From contig NC_086383.1 in NCBI RefSeq assembly GCF_036588685.1, forward strand, positions 310,001 through 374,000: DNA of 64,000 nucleotides, written 5' to 3'. The translations under genes were made by a program, and so were the position numbers. A model generated the notes under the pieces. It was not told the origin of the DNA. It searched no databases and saw nothing but the letters and a program-made list of their open reading frames with translations. Numbering within the stretch: the first letter of the stretch is position 1; each line of letters begins with the position of its first letter. Positions 39,100-52,777 of the stretch are shown here, in pieces. The stretch comes from Mytilus trossulus. Its lineage: Eukaryota.

Positions 39100-41500
39100 A
39101 AGTATGATTTTAAAATGTTTCAATTGTCCTTAAGATCAAAACATGATAAAAAAAAGAAACATTGAACATATACCACCACAACAGCTGGACAGATATCTTA
39201 GTTTTTTCTTTCTTAGCGCCCCGAAAGAAAAACAAACAAATTGTGCTATTGAATATGAATCATTATCCGTGAAGTCATTACAGCAGAGCATTAACCGACA
39301 TTTTAAGGACAATGAGTATGAATGTAATATTATAACTGATCATGAGTTCAACAAAAGTCGTCAGACTCTGAGCGTAAAGTTTAAAAACTTAAAAATCACT
39401 TGGTCGTGGTAAGAAACCCAATGATGCAGACCCGTTGACAGATGACGATCTCAAAACATGTTATATGAAAACAATTATGCGATCAAATAGCCCTCGCTCT
39501 CGTATGAAAGCAATATACATCAATTCCAATTACCATTGAGGTTAAGGATGAGTAATTGAACATTATAATTTATGTTGGGGTCATACATCACTAAAAGTTG
39601 ACACAAATGGAGACGAATACCTCCAGTATTATCCATTAGGCAGACAAAAACAAGACAGGGTGAAAATATAAAATCTAAGAAAATCAGGACTTATCGCAGT
39701 AGAAAACAAAATTGACAGCACCAGATGGCCTGTGTTTCAATATACACTTTTTCGACAAAAAAGACCATGTAAAGACGTAGGATGATCCGATTGTCAGTTG
39801 GCCAACATCTATAGAAACACAAGAAAAAATAATATTTTACTAAAACAAAACTAAACAAAATCAAACAAAACTAAACTTAGTTATAACATGCAAATGAATA
39901 CAAATGAACAAAATAAACAACTGAAATGTTTGTTAGTATTAATTGAAACTAATAGAAAAAAATGTCTCTTCTAATCTGCTACCGTACACTCTGTTTGCGG
40001 TCAAGATCTAGGACGTTGGTTGGAACATCAAATACTTCAAATTGAATTATTCTAAACTTTCACTATTTAATATTGACTTGTATCCCTCTAACATGTTTAA
40101 CCCCGCCACATTATTTATGTATGTGCCTGTCCCAAGTCAGGAGCCTGTAATTCAGTGGTTGTCGTTTGTTTATGTGTGACATATTTGTTTTTCGTTAATT
40201 TTTTTACATAAATAAGGCCGTTAGTTTTCTCGCTTGAATTGTTTTACATTGTCTGATCGGGGCCATTTATAGCTGACTATATGCGGTATGGACTTTGCTC
40301 ATTGTTAAAGGCCATACGGTGACCTATAATTGTTAATGTTTGTGTCATTTTGGCCTTTTGTGGATAGTTGTCTCATTGGCAATCATACCACATCTTCTTT
40401 TTTATATTGTATAAACTTTTAACACCAATCAGATGTATGGCTCACTTTATATTCACTTATTAAATATAGATATAGGAAGATGTGATGTGAGTGCCAATGA
40501 GACAACTCTCCATCTAAATAACAATTTAAAAAGTAAACCATTATAGGTTAAAGTACGGTCTTCAATAATTCACTAATTGCATAGCTTTTATATTAATATG
40601 CCACCTCCGGTAAACCAAACACGGACTTCCGGTAAAACTAATACCAACTTCCGGTGAAACTAACCACAGCTTCTATAAACACAAAAACGTAATTTCTGCC
40701 AGATAACATATATATATTGGCCGTTGTATGATACGTTGAACTAAACCTCACAACTGGTATTTGGGAAGATCTGTGTCAATAAATGGGACGTTCGTTATCC
40801 GACCATTTAAACGTTGCCACTCCAAAACTGAACATTAAACTGCATGGACCAACCCCTGAGCAAATTCATTATATTGTCCTGTGAAACTCCATTTCCTGAA
40901 TTGACAATTCTGAGGTATCACCAAATATAAGTGAACTGCAGCAGACTAAATGTCTTTTCACATCAAAATCTAGGTGTGCTCTGCCGAACCACTTCACCTG
41001 TATGGAAAACCATGTGCTACTTGTCACATGATTTTTACCTGCCGCGTAAATGAATGAGTAGGGTGCCAATCGGGGTGCAATTTATACATACCTTTATAAA
41101 CCATGACAATGAGATAGTGAGCTGTCTTTCATGAATTACTGTTTATGAATAATAAGCAATTAATAAATAAAATATAAAAATCACACAATGAAGTTCGTCA
41201 CAAACCAGAACCCATGAAAAAAGAGGATTCCCCTTTTTTATATTCAGGCTTCAACGTTTCAGGATAATAACTATGAATCAAAAATTCTTTGGTACAAAAA
41301 TCTCAGACTAGGAACTATATCAATTTCTTAAATAATAAGTGATATTGCCACGAAAGCACTACCCAATAACAATAAAAGAGTCGTACTCCAAAACAAGCTT
41401 GGAACAACAAAAACCCATCTTTAATGCTTTTTTCAACAAGATAATTACAGCATCCTTCAGTTACTAAATCAGGTAATAAAGAAAATACCTCACCAGTATT
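39100..41500 (+). mobile_element. Decayed Crypton-type (DUF3504 tyrosine recombinase) element split by a ~1.4-kb insertion
   Basis: IEHIPPQQLDRYLSFFF..EYE..S..SINRH..HEFNKSR..GRGKKPNDADPLT..RWPV..Y..F.QKRP (39143-39770), then DSPF(Y)I..WYKNLRLG resuming at ~41225. Confidence 0.7.
40072..40405 (+). repeat. Abundant dispersed non-coding repeat (bivalve non-autonomous element), near full-length copy
   Basis: Ends ...GTTGTCTCATTGGCAATCATACCACATCTTCTTTTT. Related copies at ~5570-5695, 13235-13520(-), 13900-14170(-), 15985-16185, 20910-21120, 27205-27280, 30100-30385(-), 31925-32135, 40470-40565(-), 53870-54215 and 59760-59900. Confidence 0.8.
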
Positions 41501-42254
41501 AGAGACAATAGCATCAACACAGACTCAATCAACCGTTAGTAACAACAGAAAACAGTCAATTTACAAAGGAAATTCTAATTTTTCAAAATTACATCCCGCA
41601 ATGAGTGGTATTTTCACCAATGCAATATTCCAAGGTGGAATTTTAAATTTGTCCTTTAACAATTGGACATCATCGACTTCAGATCAACAACTATTAGATG
41701 ACAACAAAAAGAACGAAATAAGCGTCTCTGCATACTTGACAGTGACAGTGATAGTGATTTCTAAAACATAATAATCATTCCATTTATTTATTGGTTGCTG
41801 GATTATCCAATATTTTCATTACTCGGTATGCTTTAACAATTTTTTAAATTTAAATGCAATACATATCTGATTATTATCGTATTTTATGTATCACATCAAT
41901 TGCTAAAATAATATGAATTTCTCCAGATGCTACATGTATAAAATACTTTTGCTTTAAGCAATTATGATTTAATGTATTTGCAAAGAGAGCAAATTAACCA
42001 ATAACAAATCATCTTGCATATACACCTATTATTACTAGCTTCAATTTATTTCATAAAACCTGAAACCAGTCTGCAAATAACAAACAAATAAAAAGATGCA
42101 ATATAAAAACACCAATACAAAAGATTATCAAATCGAGATGAAAGCAAATTTACGTGTATATGGCCTTTAACAATGATCAAAATACATACTGTGTAGCGAG
42201 CTTAAAACAAAACCCCAAAACAAAAAAACAAACAACAATTAAATAATGACTACA

Positions 42255-44243
42255 AATTTTTGCTCGCCTAAATTAAGGGTGCCAGCATGTCCTCTTTTTA
42301 TTCAAAATACTGATACTAACAAAATTTCAGTAGTTTTGATGCCTCCAGTTGACCTGTACAACAAAATTATTTGACCGCATCCACCAAAACTGACCATATA
42401 TGCACTTTAATTTGTAAATCTATATACCCGCATAGTAAATCAGCCATATTTTTTATGTCAGGATTCAATGTATAATACAATCATGACAATGGACAGCAAA
42501 ATTGCAATATAATAACAACAAATTTTTGTTCGCATAAATTTAGGATACCAGCATGTCCTCATTTTATTCAAAATATTGATACGTAACAAAATTTCAGTAG
42601 TTTTGATACCTCCAGCTGACGTGTACAACAAAATTATTTGACCGCATTACAAAAACTGACCATATGTGAACTTTAAATTGTAAATCTATATACCAGCATA
42701 GTAAATCAGTCTTATTTTTAATGTCAGGATTCAATGTATAATACAATCATGACAATGGACAGCAATATTGCAATATAATAACAACAAATTTTTGTTCGCC
42801 TAAATGAAGGGTGCCAGCATGTCCTTTTTTTTACTTAAAATACTGATACGTAACAAAATTTCAGTAGTTTTGATGCCTCCAGTTGACTTGTACAACAAAA
42901 TTATTTGGCCATATTTTTATGTCAGGATACAATGTATAATACAATCATGACAATGGACAGCAATTTGCAATATAATAACAACAAATTTTTGTTCACATCA
43001 ATTTAGGATACCAGCATGTCCTCATTTTATTCAAAATATTGATAGGTAACAAAATTTCAGTAGTTTTGATACCTCCAGTTGACTTGTACAACAACATTAT
43101 TTGACCGCATTACCAAAACTGACCATATGTGCACTTTAATTTGAAAATCTATATACCCAGACAGTAAATCAGTCATTTTTTTATGTCAGGATTTAATGTA
43201 TAATACAATCATGACAATGGACAGCAATATTGCAATATAATAACAACAAATTTTTGTTCGCATAAATTTAGGATACCAGCATGTCCTCATTTTAATCAAA
43301 ACATTGATACGTAACAAAATTTCAGTAGTTTTGATACCTCCAGTTGACTTGTACAACAAAATTATTTGACCGCATCCACCAAAACTGACCATATGTGCAC
43401 TTTAATTTGTAAATCTATATACCCGCATAGTCATGATAGTAAATCAGCCATATTTTTTATGTCAGGATTCAATGTATAATACAATCATGACAATGGACAG
43501 CAATATTGCAATATAATAACAACAAATTTTTGTTCGCATAAATTTAGGATACCAGCATGTCCTCATTAAATAGAGTCATTTTATTCAAAATATTGATACG
43601 TAACACAATTTCAGTAGTTTTGATACCTCCAGTTGACTTGTACAACAACATTATTTAACCGCATCCACCAAAACTGACCATATGTGCACTTTAATTTGTA
43701 AATCTATATACCCGCATAGTTAATCAGCCATATTTTTTTATGCCAGAATCAATGTATAATACAATCATGACAATGAACAGCAATATTGCAATATAATAAC
43801 AACAAATTTTTGTTAACATCAATTTAGGATACCAGCATGTCCTCATTTTATTCAAAATATTGATAGGTAACAAAATTTCAGTAGTTTTGATACCTCCAGT
43901 TGACTTGTACAACAACATTATTTGACCGCATTACCAAAACTGACCATATATGCACTTTAATTTGTAAATCTATATACCAGCATAGTAAATCAGCCATATT
44001 TTTTATATGTCAGGATTCAATGTATAATACAATCATGACAATGGACAGCAATATTGCAATTTGATAACAACAAATTTTTGTTCGCATAAATTTAGGATAC
44101 CAGCGTGTCCTCCTTTTATTCAAAATATTGATACGTAACAAAATTTCAGTAGTTTTAATACCTCATGCTGACTTGGAAAACATAACTATTTGACCAAAAC
44201 TGATCATATGTGCACTTTTATTTGCAAATCTATATACCCGCAT
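42255..44243. repeat. Tandem satellite, ~265-bp unit, ~7.5 copies
   Basis: Anchor TGTCAGGATTCAATGTATAATACAATC at 42456, 42722, 42920, 43184, 43460, 43741 and 44008 (one unit carries a ~68-bp deletion). Confidence 0.92.
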
Positions 44244-45218
44244 AGTATTGTACCGAGCGCCTTAATGTCTTCTCCTGGTGCTCCTGTTCACATTTTAGTA
44301 GGACCGTAAATGTACACGTAATCAATAATATTGGAAAACTATTAATGCAAAAAATATTCTGAATAAATTGAGAATGTCCGAATTTCATCTCTTTATTCAT
44401 AATAACAGTCACATCATATATAGGAGTTCATGATGGTGTACGTGTAAAACAAAACTATTTTGCCACATCATCAAAGTACCAACGAATCCGTACCAACACT
44501 GACATGTCTGAATTCATTTGTACTATTTACGCTGAACGGGTCGTTGTCGACCTGGGTACTCCATCAACGTAGTAAAAAGTATACGAGGTTCTCTTCTTGG
44601 AATCTATTATGTCTATTGATTGATTTTGTTTATAGTTAAACGACAAGTGGAAACTATTTCATTAAAATGCGCATTGAGTATAATTTTAGGACGTCCCATA
44701 TAAATATCGGCAATGACAAATCTGACGAATTTGACGAGATTGTTGATAGTTTTACCACACCGTATGCTTACGGACACTGTACAATTTCTGTTAGAATATT
44801 CTGCGGGAAATAGAATAGTAAATCCAAGGCAAACAAGTTGAATATCAATGAAATATCCATGCAAGTATAAATTTATGCATAAAGTGAAATTTAGGAAGGG
44901 ACAGGTAAACAACGGGGAACGAAGTAACGCAGACAATGTTGCCGATATCCCGTGATATAAGAATATTGTTCCGATGCGTTGGATAACCTTTCTATCCGCC
45001 TTCTAATAAAAAAAACTCTGTGTGATCGTATAGCCATTTTTTATTTATATAAGAATACATGTATATCAAATAAAAGAGAGCATTTGTATAATATCTAGTA
45101 GAGTCTAGCGAGTAAATAATAAATGATATCTGTGGATAAACCATGCGAATGTTGTTTACATATTTTATTGAAAGCTCAAGTCTGATAAGAAAATTCTTAT
45201 AACGATAATCTGCCATAA

Positions 45219-45600
45219 GCAGACCTGTCCTCAGGTCTGGTCAATAGCAGACTTGTCCACAGGTCTGGTCAAAAGCAGACCTGTCCTTAGGTCTGGTCAG
45301 GAGCAGACCTGTCCACAGGTCTGGTCTGAGGCAGACCTGTCCTCAGGACTGGTCAAAAGCAGACTTGTCCACAGGTCTGGTCTGGGGCAGACCTGTCCTC
45401 AGGACTGGTCAAAAGCAGACTTGTCCACAGGTCTGGTCTGGAGCAGACTTGCCGATAGGTCTGCAGCAGTCCTAAAAATGCAGACCGTAGGTCTGGTCCA
45501 CCGACGACGAAGTTAACTTGCTTGACTGCTTAAAAATTCTCAAGTTAACTTAGAAAGCAGTCAACAAGTTAACTCTAAGTTAACTTTTGTCAAGGTTAGG
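45219..45600. repeat. ~29-bp hairpin tandem repeat followed by an AAGTTAACTT palindrome cluster
   Basis: GCAGACCTGTCCACAGGTCTGGTC(N4-5) about 9-10 times, each with the inverted repeat AGACCTG/CAGGTCT. 45510-45590 holds four AAGTTAACT(T) palindromes within a longer inverted repeat. Confidence 0.85.
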
Positions 45601-47851
45601 ACCGCACCCATCTGTAATTCGGTCTAGTTTTCTACAAATATCATGCATATTGATATAAAATATCAGTTGCAAGTAACAATGTGAAAACTGGTGTAAATCA
45701 TGATATTTTTTGCTATATCAAAGACAAATCCTTGGCTATATGTACATTGCTTATTCACATGATATAGACTCAAGAAGGCAACACATTAAATGATTAATAC
45801 ATGTTAAACATGTTATATTCCATTCATAGTGTTAACTGTTTCAGTGTAACTAAGTTAGGATTTGAACCTAAGGCCTTCCCATAAAGAGAGGCTCTGACCC
45901 CTGAGACACCTAGTTGAATACATTTCTCCAAGAATCATAAAGACGATGTATCTTATAATTTAACTCAAAGTTACGAAAAAGATTAATGTTCAAGGACTAA
46001 CAGTATGCAGCTAAGCAGTCTTTAAAAACATTTAGAAATTCAAGTGATCTGGTTCTGTTATTGTTCCTTTATTTTACCAGGGAAGAAAGTACCCGCGGAA
46101 AATATGTTATCCTCAATTATAGCATAAGGCAAAGTACTTATAGGAAATGGTACCCTATAACTTGAACCAAATACTGTCCTAATTCGTGGAAGTCGCGGAT
46201 CCCGCCATTTAAAAAAGGGGGGTTCCCAACCTAGGACAAAAAAGGGGATCCATCAATATGTCCCCATTCAAATGCATTGATCGGACAAAAACAAGGAGGA
46301 GGGGGGGGGGGGGGGCTTTCAACCCCCAGAACCACCCCTGGTTCCGCCAATGAAGTATGTTCAAAAATAACACCTACCTTCCAAAGGACAATTTATACAT
46401 GTTATAATACCTGTCTTTTTAAATTACATTCTCGTAACTAATAACAGCTATATGTACTCTCAGACTTGATACAAACAGCATTTTGATGCGATCTTGCTGG
46501 ATTTCTTTAGTGTCGCTTATGCTTAGCAGTTGATCAGCAGTCAGCGAATAGAAATTTTCTTCTTCTGGTGATATGAAATAATTCGATCTTTCAATCTATT
46601 GTAAAGGTTGTTTTTTGTTTGTTTGTATGATCTTCAAATAGTATACATCAATATATGCATTATATATATCTAGTTTCATCAAAGACACTCCGGTAATAAT
46701 AATTCCCGCAAAATTATTAAAAAAAAAATTTTGATCAAAAACATTGCTTTGCAAGATGATGAAAATGTTATGTTAATGTGGATTGTATAGACACGCGACA
46801 GAATATGAAGCTTAAAGTCTCGTTCTCTACGCTCACTCGACCTTTAGCTTCATATTCTGGCTCGTGGGCGTATATTTTTTTTAAATCTTTTTATCTACAA
46901 CCAGATATTATGTACGTATGTTTGTTGTTTTTACAAAGGGTTGTTATTTAAATATATTTTTTATTCAACATTTCTTTAAGAAAAAATGTTTCAGAAGTGA
47001 AATAAAGATTTATATTTCAATAAAAATAAGGGTTTAAAATAAATTCTACATTGAGTTTTAAACAATTGATGTATGTTTTTGAAAGGTACTTTTTGTACTA
47101 ATGTTTCAGCTTGAAGTAAACAAAACTCTTTTTTGCTGCCAAAAACAAACAAACACAAATGAACGGTCGATACCTCACGAGAACCGTTTATCTCATTTGA
47201 TGAAACCTAGTCTTTATTTTTTTTTATATTGTGCATTGTTGTGTCGTATGAACTATTGTTTGTTTGTTTTTGTTTTTGTTTTTTAGCCATGATGTTGGTT
47301 TTTTTTAATTTTCGATCTATGGTTCTGATTTTCCCTCTGGTATCTTTCGCCCCTCTTTTGAAAGTTCTAAAGATGACATGAGTACACGCCGGATTTGGAT
47401 GTTAAGAAACACTAGACGCTTTCTAAACCTTTCAAATCATGTCAGCCCAAATTTGCTTTGTAATGCTCGTACTATCAAATAGGTTCTCCAGATGGTACCG
47501 CTGCTTTCATCTTATAAACCTCACGAGTTGACTAGGATGTGTAAATATATGTAGCCCTTGGTCTTCTTAAACCATCAGTCAAATCGTTGCTAAATGTATT
47601 TGTTCATTTGTATTTGCGGGATGTATAACAACACGTCAATTTTCAGCCAGAATGAGAGTTTGAATCGTTGCTACCTGTAGAAAGAGTGCAGTTAAACATC
47701 ATTGCCTTATTCGGAAAAGGTATTTGTAATCCTGTTTAATAACGATGGAATATTGAAAGTGTTAGGACAAATTCATGATATGTGAATTTTACCATAATAC
47801 TATATTTAATTTTATCTTACTGATCTCATTGTACTACATGACTGATAAATC

Positions 47852-48383
47852 TACATGGCAGACAGCATTACCCGACAACCGCAGAAATCAACATGGCAGA
47901 GAGAATTTCCCGACAACCACAGAAATCAACATGCAGACAGCATTACCCGACAACCGCAGACATCAACATGGCAGACAGCATTACCCGACAACCGCAGACA
48001 TCAACATGGCAGACAGCATTACCCGACAACCGCAGACATCAACATGGTAGACAGCATTACCCGACAACCGCAGAAATCATCATGGCAGTCAGCATTACCC
48101 GACAACCGCAGATATCAACATGGCAGACAGCATTACCCGACAACCGCAGACATCAACATGGTAGACAGCATTACCCGACAACCGCAGAAATCATCATGGC
48201 AGTCAGCATTACCCGACAACCGCAGAAATCATCATGGAAGACAGCATTACCCGACAACCGCAGAAATCAACATGGCAGACAGCATAACTGACAACCGCAG
48301 ATATCAACATGGCAGACAGCATTTTCCGACAACCGCAGAAATCAACTTGGCAGACAGCATTACCCGACAACCGCAGAAATCAA
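47852..48383. repeat. 38-bp minisatellite, ~14 copies
   Basis: CATGGCAGACAGCATTACCCGACAACCGCAGAAATCAA repeated; accounts for the three overlapping repeat ORFs. Confidence 0.95.
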
Positions 48384-48764
48384 AAATAGTACTTTGACAA
48401 CATGTCTGCATACTGTCCAGTTGTCAGTCTATATTGAGTACATTAAATAATAACACTTTAAGAATTAACCCTTTTGTTAATAAAGGATCAGTTGTTTTAA
48501 GTGTTGGACTATGAATTAAAGTATAGCTGTTTATTCCATAGATTCTATGAAAAAATAGATTTAAGCAAAACTTATACTCAGAAAGCTGACAACGAAGACA
48601 ACTAAATCTGAGTTCACTACATGTAAAACATTATAAATAGGTCGATGCAAACAATCCCTAAATTAACAATGATACATGACGTGAAACACAGAACAGGGCT
48701 GTTAAACTTTGAATACACTGCTCTGATTAAATCACGTAAAAATTTGCATAATTTATCTTTTTAG

Positions 48765-48912
48765 ATTCATCATGGACACAGATCACAGTATCCACGAAAG
48801 TGACAATACAGAGCATATGCATGAAATAAGAACAATTACATACTGGAAGAAATATGAAGAAAAATATGTCCTTATCGTGGAAAGCGCAAATACACACCGT
48901 TGGTTTACCAAT
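48765..48912 (+). pseudogene. Truncated, frameshifted paralog of the cGLR first coding exon (remnant of a deleted third gene copy)
   Basis: TTAG|ATTCATCATGGAC is identical to 59119-59135. MDTD...EIRTITYWKKYEEK is followed by a 1-nt shift into PYRGKRKYTPLVYQ as in copy 2; homology then jumps to ~63342. Confidence 0.85.
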
Positions 48913-49189
48913 TTAATATTTACAATTAATTTTTATGAAGCGAATATCAAGTATAAATCTGACAGTTTAACAAATATAACCCTTGACTCGTCTGAGGTCT
49001 AATAATGGATCAACGAAATGACACATGATAAGAATCGAAAGTCTAACTCGTTATGAATGTGAAATCTTTCCGTTTCAAAATGTTACAAAACACTCAACAC
49101 TATTTTGACAATTGATGATATTAAGTTAACACATATTATACAAATGTAATGTATGCATAACCATGCGTCTAAAGCTAAGTAATGTGGGC

Positions 49190-49500
49190 ATAAGAAAGTT
49201 GAAAACGGAAGTGAATGTCCAATAAAAGCCAATGAACCAATATGGAAAACTGTATTGGCCTTGTCCGAAAAGCAATATAAACTGTTGATTTCTATCAACA
49301 GGCAAACGCAATCAGTATTACACATGCTGCTATATTCGTATTTAGGATGATTGTATATATCATTTATACAGATTGAAGTAATGTTTTATACTGTTATACG
49401 CAGCAGCTTTTCATCTCTTCATCATATATATATCTTCTGAACAACGAATGGTTTGTTTCTTTTTTGTTTGTTTCAGCTTCTTCAAATGTCTGCTTCAAGT
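49190..49500 (+). promoter_or_regulatory. Promoter/5'UTR module copy A (ETS site, CCAAT boxes, TATA, Inr-like, 22-nt exon 49477-49498)
   Basis: GAAAGTTGAAA-CGGAAGTG, CCAAT x3, ATTGG, TATAAA at 49276, TCAGT at 49312. Conserved in copies B and C. Confidence 0.55.
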
Positions 49501-50509
49501 AACTCATGCTATATTGAGTTAGAAAGAAACAATTGTTTATCTAAAATTCAATAGTTTTTATTTTGCAATTTTCGGGGCTTCTTAATAGTTGACTTACTCG
49601 GTATTTGTTTTCCAATTGTAGGAGGCCTAACGATTCCTATTGTTGTTTAAATTGTATGTTATGTAGTGACGCTTTGAGAGTTTATTCATTGACAATCATT
49701 CCACATCTGTAATGATTATAAAAAATGTAACAAACTGCTTAATCTTGGTTGTTAAGTATGGCTCCCCCTAAGAATCATACAGATGGGGATACAGAAACAG
49801 TTGTAAAAACTACTTAATCTGTGTTGTTCATTTGTATCTACATGTGGTTTCTTTAAACAATGTTACATAGCATTATGTGCTGCTGTTGTCTGTTATATGG
49901 TCGGGTTGGTGTCTCTTAGATACATTCCCCATTTCCATTCTCAATTTTGCCATCTAACTGATGATACAATTTTTTAAGTTCAACTCTCTAAACATATAAT
50001 AAGTGAAGTATGACATAAGAAAAAACAATAACTAAGGTAAAATTCAAATCATTTTACGTATAAGCACAAGAAAAATCGAAATCATCTAAAAAAAGACTAA
50101 ACATAATTGTAAGTCTTATTTCACTTTATTTTATTTCCTTACTGTGAAGTTTATCAAGTAATGAACACTTATGATAAATTTTTTTCAACCTATTTGTTAA
50201 AGAACGAACCAATGAAAATTTTCCACGACAAGTATTGTAAATTTCCAGCAGGAAGTTTTTCTTCTTTCGTTTTCTTTCTTCTACGACGTCATCTCCTCAC
50301 AACTACAACGTTATATCATCGAGGTGGGTGGTGGTCAGGGATTACAACTGTAAATGTATCTCCATTGAAAGGAAGGTAAGATTTCTCTCATTTCTGGAAA
50401 AAAAATATTCTTCGAAATACTGTAAATTTCACGGAAGGTTTCTAACTTAATGTCAAAATCAAAAGCTCAAACATCAAATGAATGTATCACACTTTTCATA
50501 TTTCTGATT

Positions 50510-52120
50510 GGTCCACATTGGTGGATTCAACTGGTCTTAAAGCAAGTATAACCTCAGATAGAGTGACTATAGATGTGGTACACATTGGTTGATTCAACTG
50601 GTCTTAAAGCAAGTATAACCTCAGATAGAGTGACTATAGATTTGGTACACATTGGTTGATTCAACTGGTCTTAAAGCAAGTATAACCTCAGATAGAGTGA
50701 CTATAGATTTGGTACACATTGGTTGATTCAACTGGTCTTAAAGCAAGTATAACCTCAGATAGAGTGACTATAGATTTGGTACACATTGGTTGATTCAACT
50801 GGTCTTAAATCAAGTATAACCTCAGATAGAGTGACTATAGATTTGGTACACATTGGTTGATTCAACTGGTCTTAAAGCAAGTATAACCTCAGATAGAGTG
50901 ACTATAGATTTGGTCCACATTGGTTGATTCAACTGGTCTTAAAGCAAGTATAACCTCAGATAGAGTGACTATATATTTAGTGCACATTGGTTGATTCAAC
51001 TGGTCTTAAAGCAAGTATAACCTCAGATAGAGTGACTATATATTTGGTGCACATTGGTTGATTCAACTGGTCTTAAAGCAAATTAGCCTAGGATAGAGTG
51101 ACTATAGATTTAGTACACTTTGGTGGATTCAACCTGGTCTTAAAGCACATTTAGCCTAGGATAGAGTAACCATAGATTTGGTGCACATTGGTGGATTCAA
51201 CTGGTCTTAACGCAAATGTAGCCTAGGATAGAGTGACTATATATTTGGTACACTTTGGTGGATTAAACCTGGTCTTAAAGCACATTTAACCTAGGATAGA
51301 GTGACTATAGATTTGGTACACATTGGTTGATTCAACTGGTCTTAAATCAAGTATAACCTCAGATAGAGTGACTATAGATTTGGTACATATTAGTGGATTC
51401 AACCTGGTTTAAACCACATCTAGCCTAGGTTAGACTGAATATAGATTTGGTACATATTGGTGGATTAAACCTGGTCTTAAAGCAAATTTAGCCTAGGATA
51501 GAGTGACTATAGATTTAGTACACTTTGGTGGATTCAACCTGGTCTTAAAGCACATTTAGCCTAGGATAGAGTAACTATAGATTTGGTGCACATTGGTGGA
51601 TTCAACTGGTCTTAACGCAAATGTAGCCTAGGATAGAGTGACTATAGATTTAGTACACTTTGGTGGATTCAACCTGGTCTTAAAGCACATTTAGCCTAGG
51701 ATAGAGTAACTATAGATTTGGTGCACATTGGTGGATTCAACTGGTCTTAACGCAAATGTAGCCTAGGATAGAGTGACTATATATTTGGTACACTTTGGTG
51801 GATTAAACCTGGTCTTAAAGCACATTTAGCTTAGGATAGAATAACTATAGATTTGGTGCACATTGGTGGATTCAACTGGTCTTAACGCAAATGTAGCCTA
51901 GGATAGAGTGACTATAGATTTGGTACACATTGGTGGATTCAACTGGTCTTAACGCAAATTTGGCCTAGGATAGAGTGACTATAGATTTAGTACACTTTGG
52001 TGGATTCAACCTGGTCTTAAAGCACATTTAGCCTAGGATAGAGTAACTATAGATTTGGTACACATTGTTGGATTCAACCTGGTCTTAAGGCAAATTTAGG
52101 CTAGGATAGAGTAACACATG
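50510..52120. repeat. 67/68-bp tandem satellite, ~24 copies, two subtypes
   Basis: GGTACACATTGGTTGATTCAACTGGTCTTAAAGCAAGTATAACCTCAGATAGAGTGACTATAGATTT on the left; ...CACATTTAGCCTAGGATAG variants on the right. Confidence 0.95.
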
Positions 52121-52777
52121 GTGGATTGATATGTTATCACAAACTAAAAGCACATTGCATGCACAACTTATACTTAATAAATCATGTCAAAGCCTACTGG
52201 CATTGCACTGATTATCAAATGCGAATATTTAAGTCTTACATCAGTTTCACGTGTCAACCATGATCAAATGTAATTATTAAATATATATATATAAAAGTTG
52301 ATAATGTCGAGATACATATCCTTTTTTGAAATGTTTCATCAAAATAAAACAAATCTATATATAACAACTAAACGTCAGTATTGGCATCATACGTGGTGTC
52401 CTTTCAATTTATATAGTGTTTAGTATGAAATAAAATAACTAAATTACTAAACTCCGATGAAAATAAAACGGCCAGTATCTGTGTATAACGTTTAGAAATT
52501 TAGCCACTGTGGTTTTATTAAAAAGATAAGACCAGGAACAAATAATGATGAGCATGCACCTCTAGAGATATACTTGGTAAGTTATCTCAATATGACGTAT
52601 TTTGTTTTAAACTTATATTTCACTTTGAATTATTATGACGGCCTTTTACTGTTTGTCTCATATGCCAACTTAGCACATCGCATTATTGTTATTTGTCCAT
52701 TATTGGTTTGAAAATGAACAAAATCTTATACAAAGTGTGTTACTTGTACACTTGTTCACTTGTATCAAGTTTATTTT

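Noticed and set aside
43186-43918. Hydrophobic minus-strand ORFs resembling membrane peptides
   Set aside because: They lie within the ~265-bp satellite; the frame is not maintained between units and no splice structure was seen.
45219-45500. CRISPR-like palindromic direct repeats
   Set aside because: Linkers are only 4-5 nt, there are no unique spacers or cas genes, and the context is eukaryotic.
47775-48397. Three overlapping ORFs with repetitive peptides (up to 180 aa)
   Set aside because: Artefact of a stop-free 38-bp minisatellite; the period is not a multiple of 3 and the same peptides cycle through all frames.
50510-52120. CRISPR-like 67-bp periodicity
   Set aside because: The whole unit is repeated with no unique spacer; it is a satellite.
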